Below are positions 1 through 6,315 of a DNA stretch of 43,297 bases, piece after piece. A program made the translations under genes and the position numbers. The notes below the pieces were generated by a model. That model searched no databases. It worked only from the letters and a program-made list of their open reading frames with translations, and was not told the origin of the DNA. Location: contig MIAO01000044.1 in assembly GCA_001829155.1 (NCBI GenBank), positions 1 through 43,297 on the forward strand. The letters are read 5' to 3'. The DNA is from Spirochaetes bacterium GWB1_36_13. GTDB taxonomy: Bacteria; Spirochaetota; GWB1-36-13. The stretch's first letter is position 1. The number at the start of each line of letters is the position of its first letter.

Positions 1-54
1 TAAGAGAGTGGATTGAGGGGATGAGTTCAAAACTCTTTGAATCTTTTTTAAAAA

Positions 55-576
55 ATGCTATCTTTAATAGAAAGGGGAAACAAAAATAAATGTACATTAA
101 TCCGCTTTCTGACATTGTTTTTAAGCGAAAACTTCCAGATTCACTTTATTGAAGTGAAGAAGTATCAAAACAATCTCAATAAACTCAAGAAAACTTTAAA
201 TGACTGGGTCTGTTATTTCTTAAATGAAGGGAAAGATGAGGTAATCATGAAAACAGTTTTAGAACACAATCCGCTACTCAACAAAGTTCATCAGGAATAC
301 AAAAAATTCACTATGAACGATAAAATGAGAGAAATTTATGAATATCAGGAAAAAAAGCGGAAAGATGAAAAATCTTTAATCAACAGTTTTTATAAAAAAG
401 GGGTCAAAGAAGGGATCAATCAAGGAATCAAAGAAGGGGAAATCAAAGGAGAGAAAAAAGGAAAAATCGAAACAGCTCAAAATATGCTGAAAATGAAACT
501 GGATATTCAAACAATCCATCAGGCAACCGGGCTTTCGATTGAAGAAATCCAAAAAATCGTTTCAAAAGACCAATAA
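55..576 (+). pseudogene. Internally deleted copy of an Rpn/YhgA-family PD-(D/E)XK recombination-promoting nuclease/putative transposase. The N-terminal nuclease core is missing; the DUF4351-like C-terminus is retained.
   Basis: The 173-aa ORF matches the first ~15 and last ~160 residues of the full-length paralog at 1727..2641. It lacks the D...E.Q nuclease block. DNA upstream of both copies is near-identical (GATGAGTTCAAAACTCTTTGAATCTTTT...). Confidence 0.6.
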
Positions 577-619
577 TAATCTAAATGAACGGACATTGAG
601 CGGAGCCGAAATGTCTGAG

Positions 620-670
620 ATACTCACCCCTGACCCTTCTCTTTCTCAGTGAAGGGAATTGAGGGGATGA
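620..670. repeat. REP-like palindromic element (CCCTTCTCT-loop-AGAGAAGGG) followed by the conserved tail AATTGAGGGGATGAG.
   Basis: Same architecture and tail at 1..25 (partial), 1436..1503, 1676..1705 (partial), 2690..2745, 3383..3450 and 20163..20222. Confidence 0.6.
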
Positions 671-710
671 GTTCAAAATCGATAAACTTCATCATGAGAA
701 CCAATATCGA

Positions 711-905
711 TTAAAAGATTTCATCGTTTTCAATTTTAAGGAGAAGAATAATCCGGTATTCAAAATTCAAAGAGACCGCCCAGCAATCTCTTAGAACTCC
801 TTTTAATTTATGGAGTTTGAGAGCAGGATCTTTGTAATTTTCAAGTAACCGCTTCAAGACTTTTTTATATTCTTCGAATAAAGACGGTCGTTTTTTAAAA
901 ATTTC
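711..905 (-). pseudogene. Start-less remnant of a RelE/ParE-like toxin (about 64 codons).
   Basis: Minus-strand translation gives KRPSLFEEYKKVLKRLLENYKDPALKLHKLKGVLRDCWAVSLNFEYRIILLLKIENDEIF. This fits the RelE/ParE pattern (..nP...kLkG.l.g.wElRi.gdyRiiY). There is no in-frame ATG, and an in-frame TAA lies at 906..908. It sits downstream and co-directional with the DUF2281-like gene at 1112..1330. Confidence 0.25.
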
Positions 906-927
906 TTAACTCGTTTTATACGCAACT

Positions 928-1090
928 GAATTTAAATTGCAATTTTTTTATAAATCCAATTTGTCATTGTCCGGCTTGACCGGACAATCTATTGAATTGA
1001 TTATCTTTTTCTATAGATTCCCCGGTCAAGCCGTGGAATGACTTGGCTTATACTTCAATTTTTGCAATTTAAAATCATTTCAGTATATAT
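928..1090. mobile_element. MITE-like element. Terminal inverted repeats AATTTAAATTGCAA / TTGCAATTTAAAAT enclose two internal palindromes (ATTGTCCGGcttgaCCGGACAAT and CCCCGGTCAAGCCGTGG).
   Basis: Terminal inverted repeats are read directly at 928..944 and 1063..1080. A second, diverged copy of the same element lies at 23484..23640. No ORF. Confidence 0.45.
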
Positions 1091-1111
1091 AGGTTTGAGT
1101 AAGTATCAGTT

Positions 1112-1330
1112 TTATTTTTCGGATAATAAAGAATTAAAATGCTCATCTAGATCATTTTTATCTCCGATGACAGAAACAAAACCTTGTTTTATTTCTTTTA
1201 GACTTTCTTTGAATCTGGATTGTCTTTTGTTTTTTAATACTAGAAAATCTGTGAAATCAATTATTTCCAAAATCGATTGTTCAGACAAGTTTTTGAGTTT
1301 GCGAATCAATTTTTTCTGGATTAAAGTCAT
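1112..1330 (-). CDS. Small DUF2281-like protein (putative antitoxin).
   Basis: 72 aa, MTLIQKKLIRKLKNLSEQSILEIIDFTDFLVLKNK. This resembles the DUF2281 N-terminus (L.EKLR.LP.E.QQEVLDFVEFL..K). The plus-strand ORF 1038..1349 overlapping it is judged spurious. Confidence 0.35.
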   Translation of the reverse strand: MTLIQKKLIRKLKNLSEQSILEIIDFTDFLVLKNKRQSRFKESLKEIKQGFVSVIGDKNDLDEHFNSLLSEK

Positions 1331-1435
1331 TTACTTCCTCTTTATTTGATTAGTTATATTGAATGATTGTAAATTTAGTTCATTATATAAATAATAACTG
1401 AATTTTAAATCAAAGCCAAGAAAAAATAAAGTAAA

Positions 1436-1503
1436 GTCTTTCGGAACTCACCCCCTGACCCTACCCCCCTTTCTTTCCAAGAGAAGGGAATTGAGGGGAT
1501 GAG
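1436..1503. repeat. REP-like palindromic element with the ATTGAGGGGATGAG tail.
   Basis: CCCCCTTTCTTTCCAAGAGAAGGGAATTGAGGGGATGAG. Same family as 620..670. Confidence 0.55.
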
Positions 1504-1518
1504 CACCCCCCTCCCAGC

Positions 1519-1562
1519 CCTCCTCTCTTAGGAAAAGAGGGGGGAGAAAGAATGATTTTTTT
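1519..1562. repeat. GC-rich hairpin element CCTCTCTTAGGAAAAGAGGGG followed by the conserved AGAATGATTTTTTT.
   Basis: Same hairpin plus AAGAATGATTTT motif at 3313..3352, 6222..6268 and 20085..20133. A variant lies at 16598..16640. Confidence 0.55.
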
Positions 1563-1726
1563 GTTTTTTCTCATTATTTTCTAATTTTTACTTTTAGTTA
1601 ATTTTTGTTTATCTTTTTAAGGGGTCAGTCAACCGAAAACCCCGGGGTCAGAATACCGAATAGTAACACAAAGCAGAAGCGGGGCTGGGTGATGAGTTCA
1701 AAACTCTTTTGAATCTTTTGTAAAAA

Positions 1727-2641
1727 ATGCTATCTTTTATACAAAGAGGAAAATTAAAAATGTACTTTAATCCGCTTTCTGACATTCTTTTTAAATACTT
1801 ACTCGGCAGGGAAGAAACCAAAGACCTGCTTTTGTCTTTTATCAATTCTGTCTTAGAAGACTCCGACCTTGAAACCATGCAGTCTCTTGAAATCAGAAAC
1901 CCTTTCAATCTCAAAGAGTTTAAAGCCGACAAAACCAGTATCTTGGACATCAAGGCAGTGGATAATAAAGGCAAGATTTACAATATCGAGGTGCAGAACA
2001 TCGGCGATGAAGTTTTTGTGAGCCGATCGCTTTACTACTGGGCAAAGCTTTATGCAGGTCAGCTTGAAGAATCTGAAGACTACACCAAACTCCAGCCTGT
2101 CATCTGCATCAATGTCCTAAATTTCGATCTTTTGGAAAAACCTGATCTTCTTCACAGCTGTTTTATGGCTTTTGACAAAAACGACAAAGACATTCTTTTA
2201 AGCGAAAACTTTCAGATTCACTTTATTGAAGTGAAGAAGTATCAAAACAATTTTAACAAACTCAAGAAAACTTTAAATGACTGGGTCTGTTATTTCTTAA
2301 ATGAAGGGAAAGATGAGGTAATCATGAAAACAGTTTTAGAACACAATCCGCTACTCAACAAAGTTCATCGGGAATACAAAAAGTTTACCATGGATGATAA
2401 AATGAGAGAAATTTATGAATATCAGGAAAAAAAACGGAAAGATGAGCAATCTTTAATCAACAGTTTTTATCATAAAGGCATCAAAGAAGGGGAAATTAAA
2501 GGAGAAATCAAAGGAAAGATTGAAGGAAAACTTGAAACGGCGAAAAACTTTTATCGTCTTGGACTTTCTATCGGGCAAATAGCTGAAGGTACAGGGCTTT
2601 CCATTGAAGAAATCCAAAAAATAATTTCAAAAGACCAATAA
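1727..2641 (+). CDS. Rpn/YhgA-family PD-(D/E)XK recombination-promoting nuclease/putative transposase, full length. The probable true start is the ATG at 1760 (MYFNPLSDILFKYL).
   Basis: N-terminal PD-(D/E)XK block (ILDIKAVDNKGKIYNIEVQN) and C-terminal DUF4351-like KGEIKGKIEGKLETAKNF..GLSIEEIQKI. A 306-aa paralog lies at 28632..29552. Confidence 0.75.
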   Translation: MLSFIQRGKLKMYFNPLSDILFKYLLGREETKDLLLSFINSVLEDSDLETMQSLEIRNPFNLKEFKADKTSILDIKAVDNKGKIYNIEVQNIGDEVFVSRSLYYWAKLYAGQLEESEDYTKLQPVICINVLNFDLLEKPDLLHSCFMAFDKNDKDILLSENFQIHFIEVKKYQNNFNKLKKTLNDWVCYFLNEGKDEVIMKTVLEHNPLLNKVHREYKKFTMDDKMREIYEYQEKKRKDEQSLINSFYHKGIKEGEIKGEIKGKIEGKLETAKNFYRLGLSIGQIAEGTGLSIEEIQKIISKDQ

Positions 2642-2689
2642 TAATCTAAAAATTTGAATTGCACGGACATTGAGCAAAGCCGAAATGAG

Positions 2690-2745
2690 GGTGTTGAGAA
2701 CGCGCCCCTTCTCTATCTAAAAGGAAGGAATTGAGGGGATGAGAT
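2690..2745. repeat. REP-like palindromic element with the ATTGAGGGGATGAG tail. It is followed by a C11 homopolymer at 2747..2757.
   Basis: CCCCTTCTCTATCTAAAAGGAAGGAATTGAGGGGATGAG, then CCCCCCCCCCC. Confidence 0.55.
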
Positions 2746-2787
2746 GCCCCCCCCCCCAATCAAGAAATAACCGAATCATCCGATCAT

Positions 2788-3288
2788 CTAATTTCCTCCG
2801 GCAACACAACGGATTTGAAAGGTACCAGTCATATTGCCGTAGTAGACGGCGCCGTTGTTGAAATTGACGATCCACGCGCTGGTTGGATTAGAAACATAGG
2901 GCGAGGACGACCAATAATAGCTTGAAACCGTATTCGGGAAAAGCGCTGTGTCAATTGCGGGATTTGATTTCAAAGGATTCACCAAGGTCAAAAGCTCTTT
3001 GAGAGCGGGAAGCCTCCAGTCGGATCTGCCTCCCAGTGTGAGCCCTTCGCAGTAGGAAAGGGCATCTTTCCAAATTTTCGTCCCCGCAGACCCTGTGCAT
3101 CCGGCATCGTTATTTTGACCATAGCTGCATTTCTGCCAGACCAGTCCTGTCACAGTGTCTTTGACCGTGCCGTTTTCATAATCTAAGTAGGTCCGGACTG
3201 CTGAAAATAACGGATATGAAAGAATCAAAAATAGGAGCAGAAAATAAAACTGCCTGCGAAGAAACGGGTTTTGTTTTTGTGTTTTCAT
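2788..3288 (-). CDS. Exported DUF1566 (Lcl C-terminal domain) protein.
   Basis: N-terminal hydrophobic signal. Motif GLVWQKCSYGQ...C....W..AL.YCEGL.LGG..DWRLP..KEL..L is typical of DUF1566. It is paralogous to the C-terminus of the adjacent 3514..5292 product. Confidence 0.7.
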   Translation of the reverse strand: MKTQKQNPFLRRQFYFLLLFLILSYPLFSAVRTYLDYENGTVKDTVTGLVWQKCSYGQNNDAGCTGSAGTKIWKDALSYCEGLTLGGRSDWRLPALKELLTLVNPLKSNPAIDTALFPNTVSSYYWSSSPYVSNPTSAWIVNFNNGAVYYGNMTGTFQIRCVAGGN

Positions 3289-3304
3289 AAAATCTCCTCA
3301 ACTC

Positions 3305-3450
3305 ACACTAGCCCCTCTCTTTCGAAGAGAGGGGGAAAAGAATGATTTTTTTATTTTTTCTATTTATTTGTGCTTTTTACTTTTTTCTTCCTCCCCTGAT
3401 CTTCCTAAGACTTGTGCTGAACAAAGTCGAAGCAGAAGGGGTCGGGGATG
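3305..3450. repeat. About 145-bp composite intergenic repeat: hairpin CCCCTCTCTT..AGAGAGGGG, then AAGAATGATTTTT, then a T-rich stretch, then CCTAAGACTTGTGCTGARCAAAGTCGAAGYAGAAGGGG..GGGGATGA.
   Basis: A near-identical second copy at 20078..20222 sits in the same position, directly upstream of a surface-lipoprotein gene. Confidence 0.6.
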
Positions 3451-3513
3451 AAATCCTGCTCAATACTCGTATCTCATTATTGAGTCAATAAAATAACCAA
3501 ATCATCAAATCTT

Positions 3514-5292
3514 CTACAATCCTCCGGCAACACAACGGACTTGATAAATATACGTCATATTGGCGCTGCTAGCGTTGCCGCCGGTGAAATAGACGACCCA
3601 CGCGTTGCCCGTAGCAAGCACATAGGGCGAGGACGACCAATACTGTCCTGAAACCGTAGCCGGAAAAACCGCTGTATCAACTGCGGGGTTATTGACTCCC
3701 TGTTTCGTAATCGTAATAAGCTCTTCATAAGACGGCAGTCTCCAGTCCTCTCTTCCTCCGAGAGAAAGCCCATCGCAATAACTGACGGCATTGGCATGGG
3801 TATAAGTCAAAGCTGTCCCTGTGCATTCGGCATCACTATTCTGCCCTGCCGAGCACCTCTGCCAAACTAAGCCCGTCACGATGTCGTTGACAGTTTCATT
3901 CCCGTTTGTGGTCCAGCTGGGGGCATTGGGGGTATTGGGATAGTTTGCGTCCTGACCATAATACCATTCTGTGCTACTTGGACAGGGGATTGAGGTCGAT
4001 CCCCCGTTGCTACAGCTCGTTATGCCGGTATCCGAGACTTTATAAGATTTTGCACTGCTGATATAAAAGCCTGTTTTGGAATAAACGCTCTTGTTGCCTG
4101 CTTGATCTTTCACCACTACAGTGAAATAATACTTGATTTGTGCAGTAAGACCTGAGACGGCTTTTGAGCTGATATTGGATTCATAGCCGGTGCAGGTTTT
4201 GGTTTCTGCAGTGGTGGCATCATTCGTAAAATCTGCATTGGCATAGCAAAGCTGATACTGGAGACTGGCGGCAGTGCTGAGATTATCGCTTCCCGCTGTC
4301 CAAACGGCTGTAAAACTACTTGAAGCAGAAGCAGATAAATCTAAAAGAGGCGTTCCGACTGTGGGGACTGTACTGTCCACTGTCAGGGTTGCAGTTGATC
4401 CGCCTGATACATTTCCCGCCTGATCCACCACAAAGAGTTTATAATTTCCCTGGGTCGTAGGGGCAGTGATACTGGTCGCCGTGCCGAGAGCTTTTGTCAT
4501 TGTAGCCCCTTCGGTGAACACGGTTGTCCCGCTTGGGGCAAACCAGACCGTGTTATTTGCATCCCCGGAGCTGACTATTGTAATCACACTTCCCCCATTC
4601 TGTATTACAATCGAGTTTGGAAAAACTGTGTCCTGATTTGCTGGGGCGGTATTGTCCACTGTCAGAGTGGCACTTGATTCACTTGATACATTTCCCGCCT
4701 GATCCACCACAAAGAGTTTATAATTTCCCCCTGTTGCAGGGGCATTGATACTGGTTGCCGTGCCGGAAGCTTTTGTCATCGTGACCCCTTCCGTAAACAC
4801 AGTTGTCCCGCTTGGGGCAAACCAGACCGTATTATCCGCATCCCCGGAGCTGACTATTGTTACCGCACTTCCCCCATTCTGTATTACAATCGAGTTTGCA
4901 AAAACCGTGTCCTGATTTGCAGGGACTGTATTGTCCACTGTCAGGGTTGCTGTTGATTCACTTGATACATTTCCTGATGGATCGACTACAAAAAGTTTAT
5001 AACTTCCCTCTGTTGCAGGGGCATTGATACTGGTTGCCGTGCCGGAAGCTTTCGTCATGGTGCTTCCTTCTGTAAAGACCGTCGTTCCACTCGGTGCAAG
5101 CCAGACCGTATTACCCGCATCCCCGGAGCTCACTATTGCTACCGCACTTCCCCCGCTTTTCACTGTCGAGCCTGCAAAAACCGTGTCCTGATTTGCCGGG
5201 GCTGTCACATCCCCGATTAAGACTATTTCTTCCTGTTTGTTGATACACCCCAATAAAACGATACTGAATAATATAAAAACTATTTTTTTCAT
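3514..5292 (-). CDS. Surface lipoprotein with three ~93-aa near-identical tandem repeats, an FN3-like region and a C-terminal DUF1566 domain.
   Basis: Lipobox LLGC at the N-terminus. Repeat unit PANQDTVF..GGSAV.IVSSGDA.NTVW.APSGTTVFTEG.TMTKA.GTATSI.AP.T.G.YKLFVVD..GNVS occurs three times. C-terminus GLVWQRC...DWRLPSYEEL matches DUF1566. RBS GGAGGAG lies 7 nt upstream. Confidence 0.75.
   Translation of the reverse strand: MKKIVFILFSIVLLGCINKQEEIVLIGDVTAPANQDTVFAGSTVKSGGSAVAIVSSGDAGNTVWLAPSGTTVFTEGSTMTKASGTATSINAPATEGSYKLFVVDPSGNVSSESTATLTVDNTVPANQDTVFANSIVIQNGGSAVTIVSSGDADNTVWFAPSGTTVFTEGVTMTKASGTATSINAPATGGNYKLFVVDQAGNVSSESSATLTVDNTAPANQDTVFPNSIVIQNGGSVITIVSSGDANNTVWFAPSGTTVFTEGATMTKALGTATSITAPTTQGNYKLFVVDQAGNVSGGSTATLTVDSTVPTVGTPLLDLSASASSSFTAVWTAGSDNLSTAASLQYQLCYANADFTNDATTAETKTCTGYESNISSKAVSGLTAQIKYYFTVVVKDQAGNKSVYSKTGFYISSAKSYKVSDTGITSCSNGGSTSIPCPSSTEWYYGQDANYPNTPNAPSWTTNGNETVNDIVTGLVWQRCSAGQNSDAECTGTALTYTHANAVSYCDGLSLGGREDWRLPSYEELITITKQGVNNPAVDTAVFPATVSGQYWSSSPYVLATGNAWVVYFTGGNASSANMTYIYQVRCVAGGL
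4362..5205. repeat. Three tandem in-frame coding repeats (~279 bp each) inside 3514..5292.
   Basis: DNA-level near-identity between blocks (e.g. CCACAAAGAGTTTATAATTTCCC recurs). The protein repeats are >85% identical. Confidence 0.6.
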
Positions 5293-5315
5293 TTCTTTCT
5301 CCTCCCTTTTTTCTC

Positions 5316-6011
5316 TTAAAAATCAACCTTCATTTTTATCCCCGCTTTCAGCCACAAAATCTCCGACATCATCGATTGAGGACCGGTATCATTGATATTA
5401 TCCAAAAGGTTCATCGAGCTCAGGGTTTTATTTTCATAAAACTTTGTCAAGCTCAGCTTAAAATTAAGCCCTCCAAAAAGCTCAAACTCATCAAAAAGGG
5501 GGATCGCAGCCCCTGCTTCCAAAAGAATACCGATCTCACTTTTGAAATGTTCTTTTGATACTGTTTTGTCTAATATTTTCGGGCTTGATATTGGAAGATG
5601 AATGAACCCTCCGATTCCCGCAGTAAAAATCTTTAAAAATTTTGCCCTTGCTCCCGCTTCCAGACCTAAAAAACTCATAAAAAAATCATAATCTTTGCCG
5701 TTTTGACTGATTTTATAGCTTCTGCCAATCCAGGAGGGTGAAAAAAACACAGAGGCAGAATTTAAAAAAAACCTGTCTTTGGTTTCTTCCGCTGTCAAAA
5801 AAATCCAGGCTAAATCCGCTCCGCCTGTCCAGCCTGCACCTGCCTTTGCCTCTGTTTTAATGCTTGCAAACTGCTTGTCATAAACCAGCTGGGAAGAAAG
5901 ATAATGAAAAACACTCCCGCCGCCATACACTCCAATCTCGGTCTGAATCTTTTGTGCATACCCTGCGAAGGGCAGGAGAAACATTATTGCCAATACTGTT
6001 TTTTTCATCAT
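5316..6011 (-). CDS. Small outer-membrane beta-barrel protein (porin/OmpA-like beta-barrel family). Translationally coupled to the downstream FN3 lipoprotein gene.
   Basis: Signal peptide MMKKTVLAIMFLLPFAGYAQ. Alternating amphipathic beta-strands. C-terminal ...IKMKVDF ending in Phe. RBS AAAGGAG lies 7 nt before the ATG at 6011; the ORF-track start at 6029 is probably too far upstream. Paralog of 20228..20917 (AGIGGFIHLPISSPKILDK versus AGGGLFAGLPVSKPSILSK). Confidence 0.55.
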   Translation of the reverse strand: MMKKTVLAIMFLLPFAGYAQKIQTEIGVYGGGSVFHYLSSQLVYDKQFASIKTEAKAGAGWTGGADLAWIFLTAEETKDRFFLNSASVFFSPSWIGRSYKISQNGKDYDFFMSFLGLEAGARAKFLKIFTAGIGGFIHLPISSPKILDKTVSKEHFKSEIGILLEAGAAIPLFDEFELFGGLNFKLSLTKFYENKTLSSMNLLDNINDTGPQSMMSEILWLKAGIKMKVDF

Positions 6012-6221
6012 AAAAAAACTCCTTTTCATTTTTAAAATAAATTTAAATTTTTGATTTTTTTAGAATAGAATGAAATTAAATGAAAGTGAATAAATTTTCT
6101 CACTATTTCACCTCAAATATCACGAATAATGAAATTTACTCAAATTATAATTCATTGTGAAATCATCTTTCTAAAAAGTATGATTTAAAAACTCAACTCA
6201 TAGCCCTGCTTCGGCAAGCTC

Positions 6222-6268
6222 AGTACACCCCCTCTCTTAGTAAGAGAGGGGGAAAAAAGAATGATTTT
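6222..6268. repeat. GC-rich hairpin element CCCCCTCTCTTAGTAAGAGAGGGGG followed by AAAAAAGAATGATTTTTTGG.
   Basis: Family member; see 1519..1562. Confidence 0.55.
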
Positions 6269-6315
6269 TTGGTTCTTCCTCATCTTCCCTTCATCTCATT
6301 CTCCCCATCCTTCTT

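Noticed and set aside
1038-1349. 103-aa plus-strand ORF overlapping the DUF2281-like gene.
   Set aside because: Low-complexity, no RBS, starts inside the MITE-like repeat. The opposite-strand 72-aa ORF has a recognisable antitoxin-like N-terminus.
5111-5326. 71-aa ORF overlapping the start of the 592-aa lipoprotein gene.
   Set aside because: It overlaps the RBS and start of a well-supported gene in another frame.
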